A stretch of DNA of 64,000 nt from Camelus dromedarius (lineage: Eukaryota): contig NC_087436.1 of NCBI RefSeq assembly GCF_036321535.1, positions 3,286,001 to 3,350,000 on the forward strand, given 5' to 3'. Under the pieces are notes generated by a model. It searched no databases. It worked only from the letters and a program-made list of their open reading frames with translations, and was not told where the DNA came from. The stretch's first letter is position 1, and the number at the start of each line of letters is the position of its first letter. Position numbers and translations under genes: made by a program. Below, in pieces: positions 14,901 to 29,200 of this stretch.

Positions 14901-17900
14901 CCGGTTTGAAGTTCTTGCAGTTTTCACTGTAAAACCGTTTTGGAGTTAATACCTCCCCATATAGATGTATGGAGTGGAGTTTGAAAGTGAAAAGAAACTT
15001 TGTGTTCTCAACAAGCTACTTGAAGGACGGCTTTCACACACACGTATCTCTCAGAACTGAGCATGTGGAGAGACGTTCGTTCATCTAGCACAAAGGGAAC
15101 GGGTTGCAGGAGAAACTTTTACTCTGGTTTCTCAGTCTGTTTCCTACTGCTGGTTTGAAGTTCCTGCAGTTTTCACTGTAAAACAGAGTTGGAACTAGTA
15201 CCTCCCCATATATATGTATGGAGTGTAGTTTGCAACTGGAAAGAAATTTGTGTTCCCAACAAGTTAGGTGAAGGACGGGTTTCATACTCACTTATCTCTA
15301 AGAACTGAGCATGTGTAGAGACGTTCGTTCATCTAGCACAAAGGGAACGGTTTGCAGGGAAAACCTTTTCTCTGGTTTCTTATTCTGTTTCCTACATCCG
15401 GTTTGAAATTCCTGCCGTTTTCACTATAAAACCGAGTTGGAAATAGTATCTCCCCATATATATGTATGGAGTGGATTTAGCAACTGACAAGAAACTTTGT
15501 GTTCCCAACAAGCTAGGAGACGGACGGCTTTCACACACACTTATCGCTCAGAACTGAGCATGTGGAGAGACGTTCGTTCATCTAGCACAAAGGGAACGGG
15601 ATGCAGTGGAAATTTTACTCTTGTTTCTCAGTCTGTTTCCTAGTGCCGGTTTGAAGTTCCTGCATTTTTCACGGTAAAACCGAGTTGGAGCTAGTACCTA
15701 ACCATATATATGCATGGAGTGGATTTTGCAAGTGAAAAGAAACTTTGTGTTCCCAACAAGTTGTGTGAAGGACGGCTTTCACACGCACTTATCTCTCAGA
15801 ACTGAGCATGTGGAGAGACGTCCGTTTATCTAGCACAAAGGGAACGGGTTACAGGAGTAACTTTTAATCTGTTATCTCAGTCTGTTTCCTAGTGCCGGTT
15901 TGAAGTTCCTGCAGTTTTCACTTTAAAACCGTGTTGGAGCTAGTACCTCCCCATATATATGTATGGATTGCAGTTTGCAACTGAAAAGAAACTTTGTGTT
16001 CCCAACAAGCTAGGTGAAGGACGGCATTCACACACACTATCTCTCAGAACAGAGCATGTGGAGAGACGTTCGTTCATCTAGCACAAAGGGAACGGGTTGC
16101 AGGAGAAACTTTTACTCTGGTTTCTCAGTCTGTTTCCAAGTGCCGGTTTGACGTTCCTGCATTTTTCACTGTAAAACCGTGTTGGAGCTAGTACCTCCCC
16201 ATATATATATATGGAGTGGTGTTTGCAACTTAAAAGAAAATTTGTGTTCCCAACAAGCTAGGTGAAGGACGGCTTTCACACACACTTATGTCTCAGAACT
16301 GAGCATGTGGAGAGACGTTCGTTCATCTAGCACAAATGGAACGGTTTGCAAGAGAAACTTTTTCTCTGGTTTCTCAGTCTGTTTCCTAGTGCCGGTTTGA
16401 AGTTCCTGCATTTTTCACGGTAAAACCGTGTTGGAGCTAGTACCTCCCCATATATATGTATGGAGTGGAGTTTGCAACTGAAAAGAAACTTTGTGTTCCC
16501 AACAAGCTAGGTCCAGGACGGCTTTCACACACACTTATCTCTCAGAAATGAGCATGTGGAGAGACGTTCGTTCATCTAGCACAAAGGGAACGGTTTTCAG
16601 GAGAAACTTTTAATCTGGTATCTCAGTCTGTTTCCTAGTGCCGGTTTGAAGTTCCTGCAGTATTCACTGTAAATCAGAGTTGGAGCTAGTAACTCCCCAT
16701 ATAAATGTATGGAGTGAAGTTTGCAACTGAAAAGAAACTTTGTGTTCCCAACAACGTAGGTAAAAGACAGCTTTCACACACACTTATCTCTCAGAACTGA
16801 GCATGTGGAGAGGCGTTCGTTCATCTAGCAAAAAGGGAACGGGTTGCAGGAGAAACTTTCACTCTGGATTCTCAGTCTGTTTCCTAGTGCCGGTTTGAAG
16901 TTCCTGCAATTTTCACTGTAAAACAGAGTTGGAGCTAGTACCTCCCCATATATATGTATGGAGTGGAGTTTGCACCTGAAAAGAAACTTTGTGTTCCCAA
17001 CAAGCTATGTGAAGGACGGCTTTCACAGACACTTATCTCTCAGAACTGAGCATGTGGAGAGACGTTTGTTCATCTAGCACAAAGGGAATGGATTGCAGGA
17101 TAAACTTTTACTCTGGTTTCTCAGTCTGTTTCCTAGTGCCAGTTTGAAGTTCGTGCAGTTTTCACTTTAAAACCGAGTTGGAGCTTGTACCTCCCCATAT
17201 ATATGTATGGATTGCAGTTTGCAACTGAAAAGAAACTTTGTGTTCCCAACAAGCTAGGTGAAGGACGGCATTCACACACACAAACTCTCAGAACAGAGCA
17301 TGTGGAGAGACGTTCGTTCATGTAGCACAAAGGGAACGGTTTGCAGGAGAAACTTTTACTCTGGTTTCTCAGTCTGTTTCCAAGTGCCGGTTTGAAGTTC
17401 CTGCATTTTTCACTGTAAAACCGTGTTGGAACTAGTACCTCCCCATATATATGTATGGAGTGGTGTTTGCAACTTAAAAGAAACTTTGTGTTCCCAACAA
17501 GCTAGGTGAAGGACGGCTTTCACACACACTTATGTCTCAGAACTGAGCATGTGGAGAGACGTTCGTTCATCTAGCACAAATGGAACGGTTTGCAAGAGAA
17601 ACTTTTACTCTGGTTTCTCAGTCTGTTTCCTAGTGCCGGTTAGAAGTTCCTGCATTTTTCACGGTAAAACCTTGTTGGAGCTAGTACCACCCCATGTATA
17701 TGTATGGAGTGGAGTTTGCAACTGAAAAAAAACTTTGTGTTCCCAACAAGCTAGGTGTAGGACGGTTTTCACACACACGTATCTCTCAGAACTGAGCATG
17801 TGGAGAGACGTTCGTTCATCTAGCACAAAGGGAACGGTTTGCAGGAGAAACTTTTAATCTGGTATCTCAGTCTGTTTCCTAGTACCGGTTTGAAGTTCCT

Positions 17901-20900
17901 GCAGTTTTCACTGTAAAATCGAGTTGGATCTAGTAAATCCCCATAAATATGTATGGAGTGGAGTTTGCAACTGAAAAGATACTTTGTGTTCCCAAAAAGC
18001 TAGGTGAAGGACGGCTTTCACACACACTTATTTCTCAGAACTGAGCATGTGGAGAGACTTTCGTTCATCTAGCACAAAGGGAAAGGGTTGCAGGAGAAAC
18101 TTTTACTCTGGTTTCTCAGTCTGTTTCCTATTGCCCTTTTGAAGTTCCTGCAGTATTCACTGTAAAACAGAGTTGGAGCTAGTACCTCCCCATATAAATG
18201 TATGGAGTGGAGTTTGCAACTGAAAAGAAATTTGTGTTCCCAACAACGTAGGTAAAAGACAGCTTTCACACACACTTATCTCTCAGAACTGAGCATGTGG
18301 AGAGACGTTCGTTCATCTAGCAAAAAGGGAACGGGTAACAGGAGAAACTTTCACTCTGGATTCTCAGTCTGTTTCCTAGTGCCGGTTTGAAGTTCCTGCA
18401 GTTTTCACTGTAAAACAGATTTGGAGCTAGTACCTCCCCATATATATGTATGGATTGGAGTTTGCAAGTGAAAAGAAACTTTGTGTTCCCAACAAGCTAG
18501 GTGAAGAACGGCTTTCACAGACACTTATCTCTCAGAACTGAGCATGTGGAGAGACGTTCGTTCATCTAGCACAAAGGGAATGGATTGCAGGAGAAACTAA
18601 TGCTCTGGTTTCTCAGTCTGTTTCCTAGTGCCGGTTTGAAGTTCCTGCAGTTTTCACTGTAAATCCGAGTTGGATCTAGTACCTCCCCATATATATGTAT
18701 GGAGTGGAGGTTGCAACTGAAAGAAACTTTGTGTTCCCAACAAGCTAGGTGAAGTACGGCTTTCACACACACTTCCCTCTCAGAACTGATCATGTGGAGA
18801 GACGTTCGTTCATCTAGCACAAAAGGAACGGGTTGCAGGAGAAACTTTTACTCTGGTTTCTCAGTCTGTTTCCTAGTGCCGGTTTGAAGTTCCTGCAGTT
18901 TTCACTGTAAAACCAAGTTGGTGCTAGTACCTCCCCATATATATGTATGGAGTGGAGTTTGCAACTGAAAAGAAACTTTTTGTTCCTAACAAGATAGGTG
19001 AAGGACGGCTTTCACACACACTTATCTCTCAGAACTGAGCATGTGGAGAGACGTTCGTTCATCTAGCACAAAGGAACGGGTTGCAAGAGAAACTTTTACT
19101 CTGGTTTCTCAGTCTGTTTCCTAGTGCCGGTTTGAAGTTCTTGCAGTTTTCACTGTAAAACCGTTTTGGAGTTAATACCTCCCCATATAGATGTATGGAG
19201 TGGAGTTTGAAAGTGAAAAGAAACTTTGTGTTCTCAACAAGCTACTTGAAGGACGGCTTTCACACACACGTATCTCTCAGAACTGAGCATGTGGAGAGAC
19301 GTTCGTTCATCTAGCACAAAGGGAACGGGTTGCAGGAGAAACTTTTACTCTGGTTTCTCAGTCTGTTTCCTACTGCTGGTTTGAAGTTCCTGCAGTTTTC
19401 ACTGTAAAACAGAGTTGGAACTAGTACCTCCCCATATATATGTATGGAGTGTAGTTTGCAACTGGAAAGAAATTTGTGTTCCCAACAAGTTAGGTGAAGG
19501 ACGGGTTTCATACTCACTTATCTCTAAGAACTGAGCATGTGTAGAGACGTTCGTTCATCTAGCACAAAGGGAACGGTTTGCAGGGAAAACCTTTTCTCTG
19601 GTTTCTTATTCTGTTTCCTACATCCGGTTTGAAATTCCTGCCGTTTTCACTATAAAACCGAGTTGGAAATAGTATCTCCCCATATATATGTATGGAGTGG
19701 ATTTAGCAACTGACAAGAAACTTTGTGTTCCCAACAAGCTAGGAGACGGACGGCTTTCACACACACTTATCGCTCAGAACTGAGCATGTGGAGAGACGTT
19801 CGTTCATCTAGCACAAAGGGAACGGGATGCAGTGGAAATTTTACTCTGGTTTCTCAGTCTGTTTCCTAGTGCCGGTTTGAAGTTCCTGCATTTTTCACGG
19901 TAAAACCGAGTTGGAGCTAGTACCTAACCATATATATGCATGGAGTGGATTTTGCAAGTGAAAAGAAACTTTGTGTTCCCAACAAGTTGTGTGAAGGACG
20001 GCTTTCACACGCACTTATCTCTCAGAACTGAGCATGTGGAGAGACGTCCGTTTATCTAGCACAAAGGGAACGGGTTACAGGAGTAACTTTTAATCTGTTA
20101 TCTCAGTCTGTTTCCTAGTGCCGGTTTGAAGTTCCTGCAGTTTTCACTTTAAAACCGTGTTGGAGCTAGTACCTCCCCATATATATGTATGGATTGCAGT
20201 TTGCAACTGAAAAGAAACTTTGTGTTCCCAACAAGCTAGGTGAAGGACGGCATTCACACACACTATCTCTCAGAACAGAGCATGTGGAGAGACGTTCGTT
20301 CATCTAGCACAAAGGGAACGGGTTGCAGGAGAAACTTTTACTCTGGTTTCTCAGTCTGTTTCCAAGTGCCGGTTTGACGTTCCTGCATTTTTCACTGTAA
20401 AACCGTGTTGGAGCTAGTACCTCCCCATATATATATATGGAGTGGTGTTTGCAACTTAAAAGAAAATTTGTGTTCCCAACAAGCTAGGTGAAGGACGGCT
20501 TTCACACACACTTATGTCTCAGAACTGAGCATGTGGAGAGACGTTCGTTCATCTAGCACAAATGGAACGGTTTGCAAGAGAAACTTTTTCTCTGGTTTCT
20601 CAGTCTGTTTCCTAGTGCCGGTTTGAAGTTCCTGCATTTTTCACGGTAAAACCGTGTTGGAGCTAGTACCTCCCCATATATATGTATGGAGTGGAGTTTG
20701 CAACTGAAAAGAAACTTTGTGTTCCCAACAAGCTAGGTCCAGGACGGCTTTCACACACACTTATCTCTCAGAAATGAGCATGTGGAGAGACGTTCGTTCA
20801 TCTAGCACAAAGGGAACGGTTTTCAGGAGAAACTTTTAATCTGGTATCTCAGTCTGTTTCCTAGTGCCGGTTTGAAGTTCCTGCAGTATTCACTGCAAAT

Positions 20901-23900
20901 CAGAGTTGGAGCTAGTAACTCCCCATATAAATGTATGGAGTGAAGTTTGCAACTGAAAAGAAACTTTGTGTTCCCAACAACGTAGGTAAAAGACAGCTTT
21001 CACACACACTTATCTCTCAGAACTGAGCATGTGGAGAGGCGTTCGTTCATCTAGCAAAAAGGGAACGGGTTGCAGGAGAAACTTTCACTCTGGATTCTCA
21101 GTCTGTTTCCTAGTGCCGGTTTGAAGTTCCTGCAATTTTCACTGTAAAACAGAGTTGGAGCTAGTACCTCCCCATATATATGTATGGAGTGGAGTTTGCA
21201 CCTGAAAAGAAACTTTGTGTTCCCAACAAGCTATGTGAAGGACGGCTTTCACAGACACTTATCTCTCAGAACTGAGCATGTGGAGAGACGTTTGTTCATC
21301 TAGCACAAAGGGAATGGATTGCAGGATAAACTTTTACTCTGGTTTCTCAGTCTGTTTCCTAGTGCCGGTTTGAAGTTCCTGCAGTTTTCACTGTAAAACC
21401 GAGTTGGAGCTAGTACCTCCCCATATATATGTATGGAGTGGAGGTTGCAACTGAAAAGAAACTTTGTGTTCCCAACAAGCTAGGTGAAGTACGGCTTTCA
21501 CACACACTTCTCTCTCAGAACTGATCATGTGGAGAGACGTTCGTTCATCTAGCACAAAAGGAACGGGTTGCAGGAGAAACTTTTACTCTGGTTTCTCAGT
21601 CTGTTTCCTAGTGCCGGTTTGAAGTTCCTGCAGTTTTCACTGTAAAACGGTTTTGGAGCTAATACCTCCCCATATATATATATGGAGTGGAGTTTGAAAG
21701 TGAAAAGAAACTTTGTGTTCTCAACAAGCTATTTGAAGGACGGCTTTCACACACACTTATCTCTCAGAACTGAGCATGTGGAGAGACGTTCGTTCATCTA
21801 GCACAAAGGGAACGGGTTGCAGGAGAAACTTTTACTCTGGTTTCTCAGTCTGTTTCCTACTGCTGGTTTGAAGTTCCTGCAGTTTTCACTGTAAAACAGA
21901 GTTAGAACTAGTACCTCCCCATATATATGTATGGAGTGTAGTTTGCAACTGGAAAGAAATTTGTGTTCCCAACAAGTTAGGTGAAGGACGGGTTTCATAC
22001 TCACTTATCTCTAAGAACTGAGCATGTGTAGAGACGTTCGTTCATCTAGCACAAAGGGAACGGTTTGCAGGGAAAACCTTTTCTCTGGTTTCTTATTCTG
22101 TTTCCTACATCCGGTTTGAAATTCCTGCAGTTTTCACTATGAAACCGAGTTGGAAATAGTATCTCCCCATATATATGTATGGAGTGGATTTAGCAACTGA
22201 CAAGAAACTTTGTGTTCCCAACAAGCTAGGAGACGGACGGCTTTAACACACACTTATCGCTCAGAACTGAGCATGTGGAGAGACGTTCGTTCATCTAGCA
22301 CAAAGGGAACGGGTTGCAGGAGAAACTTTTACTCTGGTTTCTCAGTCTGTTTCCTAGTGCCGGTTTGAAGTTCCTGCAGTTTTCACTGTAAAAGCGAGTT
22401 GGAGCTTGTACCTACCCATAAATATGTATGGAGTGGAGTTTGCAACTGAAAAGATACTTTGTGTTCCCAAAAAGTTAGGTGAAGGACGGCTTTCACACAC
22501 ATTTATTTCTCAGAACTGAGCATGTGGAGAGACGTTCGTTCATCTAGCACAAAGGGAACGGGTTGCAGGAGAAACTTTTACTCTGGTTTCTCAGTCTGTT
22601 TCCTAGTGCCGGATTGAATTTCCTGCAGTTTTCACTGTAAAACCGAGTTGGAGATAGTACCTCCCCATATATATATATATGGAGTAGAGTTTGCAACTGA
22701 AAAGAATCTTTGTGTTCCCAACAATCTAGGTGAAGGACGGCATTCACACACACTTATCTCTCAGAATTGAGCAAGTGGATAGACGTTCGTTCATCTAGCA
22801 CAAATGGAACGGGTTGCAGGAGAAACATTTTCTCTGGTTTCTCAGTCTGTTTCCTAGTGCCGGTTTGAAGTTCCTGCAGTTTTCACTGTAAAACCGAGTT
22901 GGAGCTACTACCTCCCCATATATATGTATGGATTGGAGTTTGCAACAGAAAAGAAACTTTGTGTTCCCAAGAAGCTAGGTGAAGGATGGCTTTCACACAC
23001 ACTTATCTCTCAGAACTGAGCATGTGGAGAGACGTTCGTTCATCTAGCACAAAGGGAACGGGTTGCAGGAGAAACTATTACTCTGGTTTCTCAGTCTGTT
23101 TCCTAGTGCCGGTTTGAAGTTCCTGCAGTTTTCACTGTAAAACCGAGTTGGAGCTAGTACCTCCCCATATATATGTATGGAGTGGAGTTTGCAAGTGAAA
23201 AGAAACTTTGTGTTCCCAACAAGCTATGTGAAGGACGGCTTTCACACACATTTACCTTTCAGAACTGAGCATGTGGAGAGACGTTCGTTTCTAGCACAAA
23301 GGGAACGGGTTGCAGGAGAAAATTTTTCTCTGGTTTCTCAGTCTGTTTCCTAGTGCCGGTTTGAAGTTCCTGCAGTTTTCACTGTAAAACCGAGTTGGAG
23401 CTAGTACCTCCCCATATATATGTATGGATTGGAGTTTCCAACTGAAAAGAAACTTTGTGTTCCCAACAAGCTAGGTGAAGGACGGCTTACACACACACTT
23501 ATCTCTCAGAACTGATCATGTGGAGAGACGTTCGTTCATCTAGCACAAAGGGAACGTTTTGCAGGAGAAACTTTTACTCTGGTATCTCAGTCTGTTTCCT
23601 AGTGCCGGTTTGAAGTTCGTGCAGTTTTCACTTTAAAACCGAGTTGGAGCTAGTACCTCCCCATATATATGTATGGATTGCAGTTTGCAACTGAAAAGAA
23701 ACTTTGTGTTCCCAACAAGCTAGGTGAAGGACGGCATTCACACACACTATCTCTCAGAACAGAGCATGTGGAGAGACGTTCGTTCATCTAGCACAAAGGG
23801 AACGGTTTGCAGGAGAAACTTTTACTCTGGTTTCTCAGTCTGTTTCCAAGTGCCGGTTTGAAGTTCCTGCATTTTTCACTGTAAAACCGTGTTGGAGCTA

Positions 23901-26290
23901 GTACCTCCCCATATATATGTATGGAGTGGTGTTTGCAACTTAAAAGAAACTTTGTGTCCCCAACAAGCTAGGTGAAGGACGGCTTTCACACACACTTATG
24001 TCTCAGAACTGAGCATGTGGAGAGACGTTCGTTCATCTAGCACAAATGGAACGGTTTGCAAGAGAAATTTTACTCTGGTTTTTCAGTCTGTTTCCTAGTG
24101 CCGGTTTGAAGTTCCTGCATTTTTCACGGTAAAACCTTGTTGGAGCTAGTACCACCCCATGTATATGTATGGAGTGGAGTTTGCAACTGAAAAAAAACTT
24201 TGTGTTCCCATCAAGCTAGGTGTAGGACGGTTTTCACACACACGTATCTCTCAGAACTGAGCATGTGGAGAGACGTTCGTTCATCTAGCACAAAGGGAAC
24301 GGTTTGCAGGAGAAACTTTTAATCTGGTATCTCAGTCTGTTTCCTAGTACCGGTTTGAAGTTCCTGCAGTTTTCACTGTAAAATCGAGTTGGATATAGTA
24401 AATCCCCATAAATATGTATGGAGTGGAGTTTGCAACTGAAAAGATACTTTGTGTTCCCAAAAAGCTAGGTGAAGGACGGCTTTCACACACACTTATTTCT
24501 CAGAACTGAGCATGTGGAGAGACTTTCGTTCATCTAGCACAAAGGGAAAGGGTTGCAGGAGAAACTTTTACTCTGGTTTCTCAGTCTGTTTCCTATTGCC
24601 CTTTTGATGTTCCTGCAGTATTCACTGTAAAACAGAGTTGGAGCTAGTACCTCCCCATATAAATGTATGGAGTGGAGTTTGCAACTGAAAAGAAACTTTG
24701 TGTTCCCAACAACGTAGGTAAAAGACAGCTTTCACACACACTTATCTCTCAGAACTGAGCATGTGGAGAGACGTTAGTTCATCTAGCAAAAAGGGAACGG
24801 GTAACAGGAGAAACTTTCACTCTGGATTCTCAGTCTGTTTCCTAGTGCCGGTTTGAAGTTCCTGCAGTTTTCACTGTAAAACAGAGTTGGAGCTAGTACC
24901 TCCCCATATATATGTATGGATTGGAGTTTGCAAGTGAAAAGAAACTTTGTGTTCCCAACAAGCTAGGTGAAGGACGGCTTTCACAGACACTTATCTCTCA
25001 GAACTGAGCATGTGGAGAGACGTTCGTTCATCTAGCACAAAGGGAATGGATTGCAGGAGAAACTAATGCTCTGGTTTCTCAGTCTGTTTCCTAGTGCTGG
25101 TTTGAAGTTCCTGCAGTTTTCACTGTAAAACCGAGTTGGATCTAGTACCTCCCCATATATATGTATGGAGTGGAGGTTGCAACTGAAAGAAACTTTGTGT
25201 TCCCAACAAGCTAGGTGAAGTACGGCTTTCACACACACTTCTCTCTCAGAACTGATCATGTGGAGAGACGTTCGTTCATCTAGCACAAAAGGAACGGGTT
25301 GCAGGAGAAACTTTTACTCTGGTTTCTCAGTCTGTTTCCTAGTGCCGGTTTGAAGTTCCTGCAGTTTTCACTGTAAAACCGAGTTGGTGCTAGTACCTCC
25401 CCATATATATGTATGGAGTGGAGTTTGCAACTGAAAAGAAACTTTTTGTTCCTAACAAGCTAGGTGAAGGACGGCTTTCACACACACTTATCTCTCAGAA
25501 CTGAGCATGTGGAGAGACGTTCGTTCATCTAGCACAAAGGAACGGGTTGCAAGAGAAACTTTTACTCTGGTTTCTCAGTCTGTTTCCTAGTGCCGGTTTG
25601 AAGTTCTTGCATTTTTCACTGTAAAACCGTTTTGGAGTTAATACCTCCCCATATATATGTATGGAGTGGAGTTTGAAAGTGAAAAGAAACTTTGTGTTCT
25701 CAACAAGCTACTTGAAGGACGGCTTTCACACACACGTATCTCTCAGAATTGAGCATGTGGAGAGACGTTCGTTCATCTAGCACAAAGGGAACGGGTTGCA
25801 GGAGAAACTTTTACTCTGGTTTCTCAGTCTGTTTCCTACTGCTGGTTTGAAGTTCCTGCAGTTTTCACTGTAAAACAGAGTTGGAACTAGTACCTCCCCA
25901 TATATATGTATGGAGTGTAGTTTGCAACTGGAAAGAAATTTGTGTTCCCAACAAGTTAGGTGAAGGACGGGTTTCATACTCACTTATCTCTAAGAACTTA
26001 GCATGTGTAGAGACGTTCGTTCATCTAGCACAAAGGGAACGGTTTGCAGGGAAAACCTTTTCTCTGGTTTCTTATTCTGTTTCCTACATCCGGTTTGAAA
26101 TTCCTGCCGTTTTCACTATAAAACCGAGTTGGAAATAGTATCTCCCCATATATATGTATGGAGTGGATTTAGCAACTGACAAGAAACTTTGTGTTCCCAA
26201 CAAGCTAGGAGACGGACGGCTTTCACACACACTTATCGCTCAGAACTGAGCATGTGGAGAGACGTTCGTTCATCTAGCACAAAGGGAACG
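8885..26290 (+). repeat. 27-monomer tandem duplication (unit ~8885-15600; copy ~15601-26290, later expanded by a 17-mer duplication)
   Basis: ATGCAGTGGAAATTTT at 8885 and 15601 (offset 6716). ORF pairs 11106/21798, 11852/22544, 14340/25032 and 15085/25777 are all offset 10692 = 6466 + 4226. Confidence 0.8.
12895..21346 (+). repeat. Near-identical tandem duplication of 17 monomers (4226 bp unit; junction ~17120-17140)
   Basis: ORF pairs 12907/17133, 13843/18069, 14340/18566 and 15085/19311 have identical translations at constant offset 4226. Only a handful of nucleotide differences are visible. Confidence 0.93.
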
Positions 26291-29200
26291 GGTTGCAGGA
26301 GAAACTTTTACTCTGGTTTCTCAGTCTGTTTCCTAGTGCCGGTTTGAAGTTCCTGTAGTTTTCACTGTAAAAGCGAGTTGGAGCTTGTACCTACCCATAA
26401 ATATGTATGGAGTGGAGTTTGCAACTGAAAAGAAACTTTGTGTTCCCAAAAAGGTAGGTGAAGGACGGCTTTCACACACACTTATTTCTCAGAACTGAGC
26501 ATGTGGAGAGACGTTCGTTCATCTAGCACAAAGGGAACGGGTTGCAGGAGAAACTTTTACTATGGTTTCTCAGTCTGTTTCCTAGTGCCGGATTGAATTT
26601 CCTGCAGTTTTCACTGTAAAACCGAGTTGGAGCTAGTACCTCCCCATATATATATATATGGAGTAGAATTTGCAACTGAAAAGAATCTTTGTGTTCCCAA
26701 CAATCTAGGTGAAGGACGGCATTCACACACACTTATCTCTCAGAATTGAGCAAGTGGAGAGACGTTCGTTCATCTAGCACAAAGGGAACGGGTTGCAGGA
26801 GAAACATTTTCTCTGGTTTCTCAGTCTGTTTCCTAGTGCCGGTTTGAAGTTCCTGCAGTTTTCACTGTAAACCGAGTTGGAGCTAGTACCTCCCCATATA
26901 TATGTATGGATTGGAGTTTGCAACTGAAAAGAAACTTTGTGTTCCCAAGAAGCTAGGTGAAGGACGGCTTTCACACACACTTATCTCTCAGAACTGAGCA
27001 TGTGGAGAGACGTTCGTTCATCTAGCACAAAGGGAACGGGTTGCAGGAGAAACTTTTACTCTGGTTTCTCAGTCTGTTTCCTAGTGCCGGTTTGAAGTTC
27101 CTGCAGTTTTCACTGTAAAACCGAGTTGGAGCTAGGACTTCCCCATATATATATGCAGTGGAGTTTGCAAGTGAAAAGAATCTTTGTGTTCCCAACAAGC
27201 TATGTGAAGGACGGCTTTCACACACATTTACCTTTCAGAACTGAGCATGTGGAGAGAAGTTCGTTTCTAGCACAAAGGGAACGGGTTGCAGGAGAAAATT
27301 TTTCTCTGGTTTCTCAGTCTGTTTCCTAGTGCCGGTTTGAAATTCCTGCAGTTTTCACTGTAAAACCGAGTTGGAGCTAATACCTCCCCATATATATGTA
27401 TGGATTGGAGTTTCCAACTGAAAAGAAACTTTGTGTTCCCAACAAGCTAGGTGAAGGACGGCTTTCACACACAATTATCTCTCAGAACTGATCATGTGGA
27501 GAGACTTTCGTTCATCTAGCACAAAGGGAACGGGTTGCAAGAGAAACTTTTACTCTGGTTTCTCAGTCTGTTTCCTAGTGCCGGTTTGAAGTTCCTGCAG
27601 TTTTCACTGTAAAACCGTGTTGGAGCTACAACCTCCCCATATATATGTATGGAGTGGAGTTTGCAAGTGAAAAGAAACTTTGTGTTCTCAACAAGCTTGT
27701 TGAAGGACGGCTTTCACACACTCTTATCTCTCAGAAATGAGCATGTGGAGAGACGTTCGTTCATCTAGCACAAAGGGAACGGGTTGCAGGAGAAACTTTT
27801 ACTCTGGTTTCTCAGTTTGTTTCCTAGTGCCGGTTTAAAGTTCCTGCAGTTTTCACTGTAAAATCGAGTTGGATCTAGTAAATCCCCATAAATATGTATG
27901 GAGTGGAGTTTGCAACTGAAAAGATACTTTGTGTTCCCAAAAAGCTAGGTGAAGGACGGCTTTCACACACACTTATTTCTCAGAACTGAGCATGTGGAGA
28001 GACTTTCGTTCATCTAGCACAAAGGGAAAGGGTTGCAGGAGAAACTTTTACTCTGGTTTCTCAGTCTGTTTCCTATTGCCCTTTTGATGTTCCTGCAGTA
28101 TTCACTGTAAAACAGAGTTGGAGCTAGTACCTCCCCATATAAATGTATGGAGTGGAGTTTGCAACTGAAAAGAAACTTTGTGTTCCCAACAACGTAGGTA
28201 AAAGACAGCTTTCACACACACTTATCTCTCAGAACTGAGCATGTGGAGAGACGTTAGTTCATCTAGCAAAAAGGGAACGGGTAACAGGAGAAACTTTCAC
28301 TCTGGATTCTCAGTCTGTTTCCTAGTGCCGGTTTGAAGTTCCTGCAGTTTTCACTGTAAAACAGAGTTGGAGCTAGTACCTCCCCATATATATGTATGGA
28401 TTGGAGTTTGCAAGTGAAAAGAAACTTTGTGTTCCCAACAAGCTAGGTGAAGGACGGCTTTCACAGACACTTATCTCTCAGAACTGAGCATGTGGAGAGA
28501 CGTTCGTTCATCTAGCACAAAGGGAATGGATTGCAGGAGAAACTAATGCTCTGGTTTCTCAGTCTGTTTCCTAGTGCCAGTTTGAAGTTCCTGCAGTTTT
28601 CACTGTAAAACCGAGTTGGATCTAGTACCTCCAAATATATATGTATGGAGTGGAGGTTGCAACTGAAAGAAACTTTGTGTTCCCAACAAGCTAGGTGAAG
28701 TACGGCTTTCACACACACTTCTCTCTCAGAACTGATCATGTGGAGAGACGTTCGTTCATCTAGCACAAAAGGAACGGGTTGCAGGAGAAACTTTTACTCT
28801 GGTTTCTCAGTCTGTTTCCTAGTGCCGGTTTGAAGTTCCTGCAGTTTTCACTGTAAAACCGAGTTGGTGCTAGTACCTCCCCATATATATGTATGGAGTG
28901 GAGTTTGCAACTGAAAAGAAACTTTTTGTTCCTAACAAGCTAGGTGAAGGACGGCTTTCACACACACTTATCTCTCAGAACTGAGCATGTGGAGAGACGT
29001 TCGTTCATCTAGCACAAAGGAACGGGTTGCAAGAGAAACTTTTACTCTGGTTTCTCAGTCTGTTTCCTTGTGCCGGTTTGAAGTTCTTGCATTTTTCACT
29101 GTAAAACCGTTTTGGAGTTAATACCTCCCCATATATATGTATGGAGTGGAGTTTGAAAGTGAAAAGAAACTTTGTGTTCTCAACAAGCTACTTGAAGGAC

